Positions 54,752-63,219 of a stretch of DNA of 64,000 nt are shown here, one piece after another. Under the pieces are notes generated by a model. The model searched no databases and had not been told where the DNA came from. It was given only the letters and a program-made list of their open reading frames with translations. Source of the stretch: a virus. Position numbers and translations under genes: made by a program. Every line of letters starts with the position of its first letter. Position 1 is the first letter of the stretch. The stretch is from the IMG/VR virus record IMGVR_UViG_3300048854_000232, positions 160,618 through 224,617 of that record; one strand, 5' to 3'.

Positions 54752-55498
54752 GTGAAAGTCATTCGTGTAATGGCCGCTTGTGTGGCCATGGCCCTTGCAG
54801 GGCAGGCGTTCGCTCAGGACTCGACGTCCAACGCACTCGGCAATGCCAACTCGGTCGCCAATAACCAGGCGGGCGCGTCGGCGCAGAACGCCGGTGTCAA
54901 TGCCTCCATCTATCAGATCAGCGATGGTCGGATGAGTGGCGGTTACGACATCACCTCCAAGGCCCAGGTGCCGATCTCCACGGTCGGCTACGGTAGCTTC
55001 AGCCAGAACAGCTGCATCACCTCCATCGGCGGTGGTGCAACGACGCGTCTGTTCAGCTTCGTGTACAACGGCCCGAAGGCCGACATCAACTGCCAGCATG
55101 TGGTGGCCGGTGATGCCTTCGGTCGTGCCGCACAGCTGGCCATGCAGATCAAGCAGCCCCAGAAGGCGCTCGCTTCGCTCAGCATGGTGTTCTTCGCCTA
55201 CTGCACCGGCGATGAAGACATGAAGACGGCCTGCATCACGATGGGTCTGATCCGCGATACCGGCAAGACCCGCAAGGTCGACGGTAACCAGGTCGCTATC
55301 GTGGTGCCGATGCCGGCGGAAGACCTGCCGCCCGCGGCAGTGGCAACGATGCTCCCGAATCTGCCGGCTGACCAGCAGGCGCTTGTGGCCGATGACTCGG
55401 CTCACAAGTCCTCGCCGGTGAATCTGCCGCCGATTCCCGAGAACGCAAACGCTGAAGCATGGCGTACGGCCCATTGGGCCAGCGCCAACACGCACTAA
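54752..55498 (+). CDS. Secreted protein with Asn/Ala-rich N-terminus and Cys-containing domain
   Basis: Signal peptide ending AFA-Q; SC..SIGGG...D.NC...YC...AC pattern. Confidence 0.7.
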   Translation: MKVIRVMAACVAMALAGQAFAQDSTSNALGNANSVANNQAGASAQNAGVNASIYQISDGRMSGGYDITSKAQVPISTVGYGSFSQNSCITSIGGGATTRLFSFVYNGPKADINCQHVVAGDAFGRAAQLAMQIKQPQKALASLSMVFFAYCTGDEDMKTACITMGLIRDTGKTRKVDGNQVAIVVPMPAEDLPPAAVATMLPNLPADQQALVADDSAHKSSPVNLPPIPENANAEAWRTAHWASANTH

Positions 55499-55500
55499 GG

Positions 55501-55530
55501 AAAGAAGGGGCATTTCGCCCCTTCTTTTTT
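55501..55530 (+). terminator. Intrinsic terminator
   Basis: AAAGAAGGGGC-ATTTC-GCCCCTTCTTTTTT. Confidence 0.8.
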
Positions 55531-55571
55531 TCTCTCTTTGTCTGCCACCTAAAACAGGGGTGTAACGCGTC

Positions 55572-56171
55572 ATGGGTAAACGGATTCTTTTCTTAGACCT
55601 GCACCGCCCTCAGGCTGCTGAGGGACAGACGGCGCAGGCTCGCGCAGCGGAGCTGCACAAGCACTTGAAAATTACAGGCGGTGACTATCTTCTGTGCGAT
55701 ACGTACGTCCAGCGCTGCGAAATCGAACGGGACGATGATCATTGCTCGATCTTTGCCGTGACCACTGCGCCGGACATCGACGATGCCCTGCTGGTGGAGC
55801 TGTTCAGCATGCTGGTGTCCGAAAGCGCCTACAGCGACAACCCGGCACACGTGGTGTCCCCTGCCCTCTACCAGGCTGCCTTCAAGCGGCTGGGTCGGGC
55901 CGTCCCGGATCTGCGTACCTGCCATGCGCGAGTCGAGCAGCTGCGCGCGCTGTGGTGGGGCTTCCAGGAGTTCAAGCAGCTGTATCGCTTCAACCCCAAC
56001 GTCCAGCCGGCGCGGATGCGCTTCTACAACGGCATCTGGCACCTGCTGTACGAGATGGACGCTACCCCGGGTGTGGTCCGTTTGGAGCTGGAAGATCTGC
56101 GCAAGATCACCAGCCTCAAGAAGGTCTATCCGGTCCAGCAGTACTACAAGCAGCTGGAAGTCACGGCATAA
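55572..56171 (+). CDS. Hypothetical protein
   Basis: 199 aa. Confidence 0.6.
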   Translation: MGKRILFLDLHRPQAAEGQTAQARAAELHKHLKITGGDYLLCDTYVQRCEIERDDDHCSIFAVTTAPDIDDALLVELFSMLVSESAYSDNPAHVVSPALYQAAFKRLGRAVPDLRTCHARVEQLRALWWGFQEFKQLYRFNPNVQPARMRFYNGIWHLLYEMDATPGVVRLELEDLRKITSLKKVYPVQQYYKQLEVTA

Positions 56172-56205
56172 AACTGCTCTCCCTTCACGGGAGAGCAGGC
56201 ATGCG

Positions 56206-56616
56206 CTACTTGGCAGCCGGGTGACCCAGCAAGTACTGAATGACGAAAGTCACCAGCGACGCGTAGGTCGATCCGTGAATCAGGGTAACCCACTTGGCCA
56301 CGGCCATGAAGCTATCCTGACTCGCGATCGGCAGCTTGTGCTTGATCTTTCCGTAACTGACCATCCAACGAAACACACCGTCGGCAACCGCCAGGATTCC
56401 CGCGATCTGGTAGTTGGTGTAGAGCAGCAGAATGCCGAACGCGCTCACTGCATGCAAAGCAGCGATCGTATTGACTGCGCCCATCCAGCCCTGCTCGGCG
56501 GTACGGGATTTGTAAAAGCTGGTCTTCTCCAGCAGACCAATAGCAATGGCCTTGACCAGGAAGAACGCGGCCAAGGACACGATGACGCCCCAGAAGGGCA
56601 AGAGTTTCGGCAACAT
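56206..56616 (-). CDS. Membrane protein (three or more hydrophobic segments)
   Basis: SD AAGGG; convergent on the hairpin at 56164-56204. Confidence 0.6.
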   Translation of the reverse strand: MLPKLLPFWGVIVSLAAFFLVKAIAIGLLEKTSFYKSRTAEQGWMGAVNTIAALHAVSAFGILLLYTNYQIAGILAVADGVFRWMVSYGKIKHKLPIASQDSFMAVAKWVTLIHGSTYASLVTFVIQYLLGHPAAK

Positions 56617-56678
56617 GGATACACCCTTCTTTTTTGTCGTGAGGCGGCTACCTCATACGAATAACCACGGAGACAGAT

Positions 56679-56975
56679 ATGGCAAACGAAACCCTCGGTA
56701 ACCAGCTGGCTAAGCTGCTGGAGCACAAGCTGTCGAAGATGCCGATGGCGGCCAAACCCCAGCCCAAGCCGCAGCGGACCGATAACGGCCTGGTCCTGAC
56801 CAAACCGGTCAAACCCACCCCGGTGACGCTCCAGCAGAAGATTGATGCGAACCTGAAGGCCCGTCGCGAGGCCAAGGGTAAGGCCACCCCGAGCGAGATG
56901 GCCAAGGCCCAGCAGAACATGGCCCGCGATCTGCATACTACCTACGGTAAAGGAACCTCCAATGGCAATCGTTAA
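56679..56975 (+). CDS. Small basic protein
   Basis: SD GGAG; Lys-rich. Confidence 0.6.
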   Translation: MANETLGNQLAKLLEHKLSKMPMAAKPQPKPQRTDNGLVLTKPVKPTPVTLQQKIDANLKARREAKGKATPSEMAKAQQNMARDLHTTYGKGTSNGNR

Positions 56976-57327
56976 CGAGCCGGTCACCTGGATCTACTAC
57001 AAGGGTGAGCCCGATCCGGACGACACCCCGGAGAAGCGTCAAGCCCGTGCGATTGCCTGGCGGCATCGGCTGTACCGCGGGGTGTTCATCCACCGGCACA
57101 AGTGGCGTAAGGCCAAGCGGGGCTTGAGCAAGCGCAACTTCAAGCACGGTGAGCAGTGGGAACGGCATCCCCGTGACAGCGCAAGCACGCGCCGGCACAA
57201 GCGGGTCAAGATGGTTCTGGACATCGAGACTGATCTGAGTCGGCCGATTCCCGGCCAGCAGGTGCTGGCTTCGCTCCGTACCGCCGATCAGACCATCTTG
57301 CTAACAAAGGAGCAGGTCCTTGGCTGA
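56962..57327 (+). CDS. Small basic protein
   Basis: SD AAGGA; Arg/Lys-rich. Confidence 0.6.
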   Translation: MAIVNEPVTWIYYKGEPDPDDTPEKRQARAIAWRHRLYRGVFIHRHKWRKAKRGLSKRNFKHGEQWERHPRDSASTRRHKRVKMVLDIETDLSRPIPGQQVLASLRTADQTILLTKEQVLG

Positions 57328-57589
57328 GCACGAACATCTATCGATGCACGGCCTGAGCCGTGAGCAGTCGGCTCCGGACGAATCCTCCAAGGCGGTGCTC
57401 AAAGAGCGCGATAGGACCTTTGCCGCCTTCCGGGAAGCCGGTCTGGAGACCAACGCCGAAATGCGACGGTCGTGGAAGCGGGCCTTTGCGATCGCCCAGG
57501 CCAAGGAGCATCGGGCACTGCGTGGTAAGTACGTCCACACCCACAAGGGCCACAAGCCCAAGCACGGTATTTCGTACCGGAGGAAGTGA
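57320..57589 (+). CDS. Small basic protein
   Basis: SD AAGGAG; TTG start. Confidence 0.55.
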   Translation: MAEHEHLSMHGLSREQSAPDESSKAVLKERDRTFAAFREAGLETNAEMRRSWKRAFAIAQAKEHRALRGKYVHTHKGHKPKHGISYRRK

Positions 57590-57825
57590 TCATGCCTGAC
57601 GCGCTGTATAACGAATGGGCGTCCTGGCATCGGGGCGACTTCCTGCATAGCCACAAGGGACGTAGTCCCAAGCGAGGCAACCCGTACCGTCGCGGTAACG
57701 TGCATCTGACCAAGTTCCGCCCCTCGGTGCGGTTGTGCGGGGAGGGGGAGTTCCACAGCAAGACGCGTGAGAACTTTCGGAACCGGCGGTCGAGGCGCCT
57801 CATTACAAGGATGGACCGTGAATAA
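57586..57825 (+). CDS. Small basic protein
   Basis: SD GGAGG; GTGA overlap with the previous gene. Confidence 0.55.
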   Translation: MIMPDALYNEWASWHRGDFLHSHKGRSPKRGNPYRRGNVHLTKFRPSVRLCGEGEFHSKTRENFRNRRSRRLITRMDRE

Positions 57826-58234
57826 CTTCAAGCGTTTCTTGCAAACCCCCACGGCACTGGCGGTGTTGTACAGTGTCAACGCGCTGCTTGCGGTGGGGCT
57901 GGGGATTGCGGCCGGGACGTATGCGAATGCGGGGATCGATCGGGATCGAGCCAAGATCATTGACGAGGTCGTTCAGGTCCATCCCCACCTTCGTACCATG
58001 TGCGAATCGGTGCAGGCCGCGGTACCGCTTGCACTGATCATGGCAGCCGCTGTGATGTTCTTCCTGCTAGCAATCATCTTCCTGGTGATGGCGGTTAACT
58101 CCATTCGCTACGGACGCTTCCTCAAAGCGGGCGGAGAACCGGATCTGTGGCATGCGTACTGCACGGACCGGGCCTCGTACAACATCATCGCCGACACGCG
58201 CGAATACGCTCGACGGACTTCTGTCAGATCTTAA
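57818..58234 (+). CDS. Membrane protein (two hydrophobic segments)
   Basis: SD AAGGA; GTG start. Confidence 0.6.
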   Translation: MNNFKRFLQTPTALAVLYSVNALLAVGLGIAAGTYANAGIDRDRAKIIDEVVQVHPHLRTMCESVQAAVPLALIMAAAVMFFLLAIIFLVMAVNSIRYGRFLKAGGEPDLWHAYCTDRASYNIIADTREYARRTSVRS

Positions 58235-58285
58235 ACACATCGGCTCCCCATCAAGGGGAGCCTTTTATTCGTTAAGGACATCACC

Positions 58286-58678
58286 ATGCCACTAGCAGTT
58301 ATCAAACTGGAACCCACCCTGTCCGCCGAAGAGCTCGAAGATGAGATCTTCCGCATCGAAAGCGTGCGGGTCGTCATTCGGGTGCGGCGCCCGGACAATG
58401 TCAAGGCTCCGTGGAGCAAACCCATTACCATGGACGAGCCGCGGTTCATGAGCTACGCGGCCCGCTTCAAGGAACCGGCCAGAGCCAAGAGCAAGCCGAC
58501 CATCGGGCGACTGCGGGAACGCATTCTGACCATCATGCACGGCAGCGACAAGGGTTATACCTATCAGTTCGCCATCATCACTCGTGACGGTTATTGCCTG
58601 CCTGGCATTCTCTCCTCGCACGTTCGTCAACCGTTCTCCCACGGCGACTCCCTCGACCTGATTCGGTTCCCGCGGTGA
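58286..58678 (+). CDS. Hypothetical protein (paralogue of 59644-60012)
   Basis: ELEDEIFRIESVRV...LDLIR. Confidence 0.6.
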   Translation: MPLAVIKLEPTLSAEELEDEIFRIESVRVVIRVRRPDNVKAPWSKPITMDEPRFMSYAARFKEPARAKSKPTIGRLRERILTIMHGSDKGYTYQFAIITRDGYCLPGILSSHVRQPFSHGDSLDLIRFPR

Positions 58679-58748
58679 TCCTGGTCTGAGGTGTATTCCT
58701 TTACTGGCGCCCGTTGAGTTATGACTCAATCGCCAGTAAAGGATTTCC

Positions 58749-59237
58749 ATGTACGTCGTGGCTGCGTTTCCCGGGTGTGGTAAGAGCACCTTCACCAAAG
58801 CATCCCCCAGCATCAGCGACTCGGACTCCAGTCAGTTCGATAAGAGCGCCTTCCCGCAGAACTACCTGGAACACATCCAGGACCGCGTCAGCCGTCGCCT
58901 GTGCACCTTCGTCAGCAGTCACGATGTCGTCCGTAAGGCCATGGTCGCGGCGGGCATCCCGTTCGTCCTGGTTTACCCGGACATCAAGGCCAAGGACGAG
59001 TACATCAAGCGCTACATCGATCGCGCCGGTACCGGCGGTCTGATGAACGCTGATGAAACGCCCTTCGCCAACCTCATGGCCAAGAACTGGGACGACTGGG
59101 TCGGTCAGTGTATGGAGCAGAAGGACTGCATGCGCATCCAGCTGGCTCCCGGACAGTTCCTCGCCTCGGTGATCGGCTTCGATGGCCGCGAGTTCTTCAT
59201 CAAGACCGGCGACGTGGTCGGCGGTATCAATCCGTAA
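58749..59237 (+). CDS. Small P-loop NTPase/kinase
   Basis: AAFPGCGKS, DSDSSQF, FPQNY and VSSH motifs. Confidence 0.75.
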   Translation: MYVVAAFPGCGKSTFTKASPSISDSDSSQFDKSAFPQNYLEHIQDRVSRRLCTFVSSHDVVRKAMVAAGIPFVLVYPDIKAKDEYIKRYIDRAGTGGLMNADETPFANLMAKNWDDWVGQCMEQKDCMRIQLAPGQFLASVIGFDGREFFIKTGDVVGGINP

Positions 59238-59246
59238 GGGTACTTC

Positions 59247-59582
59247 ATGAACAAGGACCAGAAGGTCTTCAAAGACATCGTGCCGGGCGTTTCGCTCGAG
59301 CGCATCCCCGAGGGCGTTCCTCTGATGCAAGCCACGGTCCAGCTCCGTGGCGTGGGTGGTATCGATCTGTACTTCGTGATGGTGGTCGATTCGATCCCCA
59401 AGTTCGCTGACGACTTCGCCGACGAAGCCTACCGGGATAACTTCCTGGTCAAGCTCAACGAAACGGTCGGCGGCAAAGACCTGACCGAGCGGGTGAGGTA
59501 CATCAACTTCATCGGCCATGACGACCTGGCTACCGCCGTGCGTCTGCGCCTGGGCACCAACATGTTCGTGGTCTGCCAGTAA
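59247..59582 (+). CDS. Hypothetical protein
   Basis: SD AAGGG; followed by a terminator at 59593-59620. Confidence 0.6.
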   Translation: MNKDQKVFKDIVPGVSLERIPEGVPLMQATVQLRGVGGIDLYFVMVVDSIPKFADDFADEAYRDNFLVKLNETVGGKDLTERVRYINFIGHDDLATAVRLRLGTNMFVVCQ

Positions 59583-59643
59583 CCTTTCGACAAGCCCCGC
59601 CGTTTGGCGGGGTTTTTGTCCGCAACCGTAAGGAGCACTTCCC

Positions 59644-60012
59644 TTGCCCAGTATTCTTGACCGTCGGGCTCCTCGCGTCAACCTCAAAGAGTTGGAACAG
59701 GAGATCTACGAGATCGAGAGGGTCCGCGTGATCTTCTTGGCCGAACCCGATTATCAACCGTACTACTACGCCCGTTACGCCGAACGCTTTCCGTTACCGC
59801 TGGACCTAGCCGTTAAGAGGCCCATGGTTCGCGACTTTATCAACCGGGTCAACGAGCTCACCGCTCCGCACCCATGCAAGTTCCAGATTGTCTACCAAGA
59901 CAGTACGGGGCAAATCCTGGTTAGCCGGGGTCTGTTCCGATCCAAGGAATCGCGCCTGCGCGGCCTGGATCACCTGGACCTCATTCGTCTTAACCAATCG
60001 ATCATGCCTTAA
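59644..60012 (+). CDS. Hypothetical protein (paralogue of 58286-58678)
   Basis: SD AAGGAG, TTG start; ELEQEIYEIERVRV...LDLIR. Confidence 0.6.
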   Translation: MPSILDRRAPRVNLKELEQEIYEIERVRVIFLAEPDYQPYYYARYAERFPLPLDLAVKRPMVRDFINRVNELTAPHPCKFQIVYQDSTGQILVSRGLFRSKESRLRGLDHLDLIRLNQSIMP

Positions 60013-60025
60013 GGGGGACAGATCA

Positions 60026-60529
60026 ATGCACGCACAAACCAATGTCAAGTACACTACGGTCCTGGGTGACCGGCTCCAGCGCGCCTGGCGCGGCCTCAGA
60101 AGCGATGAAGTCATCAACCTCGTGAAGGCCTTGATGGCCTCCCAGGAAGCCCGTCACGAGCTGTTCGTGGCCACCCAGGGTCGTCGTATCCAGTCCATGG
60201 ACTACGACTGGAAGGTGGAAGAGCGCCCGCACAACTGGGAGCCGCTCACGGCCGATAAGAACGGCTGGTTCTTCCTGAAGGCCATCGGTGCCTGGCTGGT
60301 CGAACACGGTCACGTGACCAAAGCACAGGACGTCGTCGGCGCCCAGGTCTTGTGCAGCGCGATCGACAAGCTCCTGGCTAACCAGATCCCGGTCTACTAC
60401 ACCCCGGCCAAAGACGACCAGCCGCCGAAGTTCTGGTTCAACGTCTACTATACCGCGGACGGCCAAACGGCCTGCGTCACCGTGGCGGTCAAAGCACTTA
60501 ATCCCGTGGCTACCGAGGAACTGGCATGA
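60026..60529 (+). CDS. Hypothetical protein
   Basis: SD GGGGGA. Confidence 0.6.
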   Translation: MHAQTNVKYTTVLGDRLQRAWRGLRSDEVINLVKALMASQEARHELFVATQGRRIQSMDYDWKVEERPHNWEPLTADKNGWFFLKAIGAWLVEHGHVTKAQDVVGAQVLCSAIDKLLANQIPVYYTPAKDDQPPKFWFNVYYTADGQTACVTVAVKALNPVATEELA

Positions 60530-60864
60530 CCGAGATCACCAAACCGACGATCGTGAGTCCGCCACCGGATCTGGTGGTGCGTTACGTGGCCTCCGAGCAG
60601 GACCCCAAGCGCTTCACCTACATCGCCTTGCCCACGGTGGAGGGCGAGTACGGCGCCGAGTTCCTGCAGACGGCACGATTGGTCGAAGTCCTCGAGGACG
60701 TGCGCAAGACACTTCGCGCGGCGTATCCGACTCGACAGATCTACGATGTCGAATTCCGCAAGGACAGTGCGTACGGTCAGGCCATGGATAACGTCGGCAA
60801 GAGCCGTGTGTTCTCCTACCACGGCGACGGCACGTGGACATCGCCCATTAAGGAATCGCCATGA
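60526..60864 (+). CDS. Hypothetical protein
   Basis: ATGA overlap with the previous gene. Confidence 0.6.
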   Translation: MTEITKPTIVSPPPDLVVRYVASEQDPKRFTYIALPTVEGEYGAEFLQTARLVEVLEDVRKTLRAAYPTRQIYDVEFRKDSAYGQAMDNVGKSRVFSYHGDGTWTSPIKESP

Positions 60865-61271
60865 GCTTGGACTTTCGCATTATCACCCCAAATCCCGATC
60901 TCTACGTGACGTTGGAATACACCGACCGCACCAAGCGTAGCGGGATGGGCCCGGATCACACGCTACACCTGAGCCTGCCCGGCGACATGGATCGCATGCG
61001 TGAGCTCTTCAAGGATGCACAGGCCACACACGACACCTTGAACAGTCTGCGTGACCAGCTCCTGGAAATCCACCCCGAGGAAGAGATCGCGATCGTCGGG
61101 TTTGCGATGAACAGTCGGTTGATCGATCTGGTACCGGATAGGACCATTGCGAACAACGTCTACTTCGTCAACTACGGCAACCGGAGTTGGTCGGCGGAAT
61201 CGACGACGCACGAGTACCATCTCGAGTTCACCGCGGTGAATGATCTCGTGACGGGTGAAGAATCACAGTAA
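60861..61271 (+). CDS. Hypothetical protein
   Basis: ATGA overlap; SD AAGGA. Confidence 0.6.
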   Translation: MSLDFRIITPNPDLYVTLEYTDRTKRSGMGPDHTLHLSLPGDMDRMRELFKDAQATHDTLNSLRDQLLEIHPEEEIAIVGFAMNSRLIDLVPDRTIANNVYFVNYGNRSWSAESTTHEYHLEFTAVNDLVTGEESQ

Positions 61272-61273
61272 CG

Positions 61274-61321
61274 TCATAAAGCCCCTCCCACCCCTCTGAC
61301 GGGTGGGAGGGTGCTATGCCG
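61274..61321. terminator. Bidirectional terminator + TATGCC
   Basis: CCCTCCCACCC / GGGTGGGAGGG TGCTATGCCG between convergent genes. Confidence 0.75.
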
Positions 61322-61350
61322 CACTTTTCGTTTGGCTTGACGAGCTGAAA

Positions 61351-62361
61351 TTAGAAAGCTTGGTCGAAAGACACTTCACCCTGCACGCCGACCTGGTAGG
61401 ACGACACACGACGTTCGAAGAAGTTGGTCACTTCCTGGACGTCCTGCAGATCCATAAAGTCGAACGGATTCTTGACGCCGTACTTCTTCGGGTACTTCAG
61501 ACGAGCCAGGCGCTGGTCGGCGCAGTACTGCAGGTACTGACGCATGTCCGGCACCGACATCCCGGCGATACCGCCCGAGAGTACGTCCGAGGCGAACATC
61601 GTCTCGCAGTCGATCGCATCGGAAAGCATCTGCTCAACCTGGCCCTGGAGCTCAGCATCGAACAGGTCCGGTTCCTGCTCGCGCACCACGTTGATCACCT
61701 CGAAGGCGAACTCCATGTGGCAGGACTCATCACGGAACACCCAGTTGGTACCTGAGGCCAGGCCATGCAGCAGGCCGCGCGAGCGCAGGAAGTACACGTA
61801 GGCGAACGCGCCGAAGAAGAACAGACCTTCGATGCACGTGGCAAAGCAGATCAGGTTCAGCAGGAACTGGCGACGCTCGGCCTTGGTGTCCAGCGACTTC
61901 AGGCTCTGGATCGAATCGATCCACTTGAAGCAAAACTCGCCCTTGGCATGGATCGAGGGGATGTTGTCGATCGCCGAGAACGCCTTGGTCCGCTCTTCCT
62001 CGTCCGGGATATACGTATCCAGCAGGGTGAGGTAGAACTGGATGTGCAGCGCTTCCTCATACAGCTGACGGGACAGGTACATCCGTGCTTCGGGCGAGTT
62101 GATGTGCTGATACAGGTTCAACACCAGGTTGTTCGACACGATCGTGTCACCGGTGGCGAAGAACGCAACCAGGCGATGGATCAGGTGACGCTCCGGGGCA
62201 TTCATCTTCGAATGCAGATCCGTCAGGTCCGGGACGAAATCCACCTCGTCCACCGTCCAGGTGTTCTTGATCGCGTTCTTGTACATGTCGAAGAACTGCG
62301 GGTACTGCATCGGACGGAGCGTCAGCTCAAAGCCGGGGTCGAGGATAAGCTTATCAGTCAT
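61351..62361 (-). CDS. nrdB: Ribonucleotide reductase class I beta subunit
   Basis: FFATGD, EEALHIQFY (radical Tyr), IEGLFF, RDESCH and NFFERRVSSY motifs. Confidence 0.96.
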   Translation of the reverse strand: MTDKLILDPGFELTLRPMQYPQFFDMYKNAIKNTWTVDEVDFVPDLTDLHSKMNAPERHLIHRLVAFFATGDTIVSNNLVLNLYQHINSPEARMYLSRQLYEEALHIQFYLTLLDTYIPDEEERTKAFSAIDNIPSIHAKGEFCFKWIDSIQSLKSLDTKAERRQFLLNLICFATCIEGLFFFGAFAYVYFLRSRGLLHGLASGTNWVFRDESCHMEFAFEVINVVREQEPDLFDAELQGQVEQMLSDAIDCETMFASDVLSGGIAGMSVPDMRQYLQYCADQRLARLKYPKKYGVKNPFDFMDLQDVQEVTNFFERRVSSYQVGVQGEVSFDQAF

Positions 62362-62436
62362 GGGTTAGGCGTTTTCTGGTATGGGGGTAAAGTCAGGGGA
62401 GGTTTCCCTCCCCTGACGCGATGGGTTATTAGGGTG

Positions 62437-63210
62437 CTAATTTTTGGGACGGCCCGTAATTCCAGGAATCGGAACGACTCCCAGCGCATCGATGGCTATG
62501 GCGACCTCGGCTTTGTATGTTTTGCGCTTTATGATCCCTTCAATAACGCCAGGATCAACGCCAAGTTCGCGAGCCATAGGACCGCATCTCTCACCCGCTA
62601 CATACCGAGTAATGACCAGTTCGACTTGCTCTTGACGGAGCTTTCGGCTTCTCTGGTCTTCACCCGGCACCGGAACGTATCCAAGGTCCGCAGTCGCCCG
62701 TTCGAATTCTGCCCGATACTGCGTACCCTTGATGATTCTGGAGATGGCGCTGTCGTCCACGCCATGCTGGCGTCCCAATGAACCACAGTTGTCTCCGGCG
62801 ACGTATCCCCGAATCACTTCTTTCACTTGTTCTTCGGAGAGTTTTGCGCTGGAATTCAAAACGCCAGGCGCTAATGCCTGGCGTTTCTTCAGCACCTGCC
62901 ACGAGTGCCGTACGTTGTCCTGATGGCTGATCAACTCAAGATTTTCGAAAGCGGGGTTCCGCGTATCTCCATCCTTGTGGTTGAGCTCCACACCGTCACC
63001 ACCGGTCCGCTGGTAGGCGGGCAGCGACTCGCCGCTAACGCACTCGTAGACTATACGGTGGGTCTGGTGAAGTCGATTGTCATCACGAATGTATACTTGA
63101 GGATAGTCGATGTTACTACCCTTCAACTGCTTTCCGTGTGAGAAGACCTCACCTGTGCGTGTTGCCTCCACTCCAGGAAAGCGTGGGTGTGGATACCGTT
63201 CATCAGGCAT
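62437..63210 (-). mobile_element. Free-standing HNH endonuclease between nrdA and nrdB
   Basis: THRIVYE...NHKDGDTRNPAFENLE..SHQDNVRH; two tandem C-terminal HTH-like repeats; lower GC than flanks. Confidence 0.88.
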
Positions 63211-63219
63211 GGTTACTCC

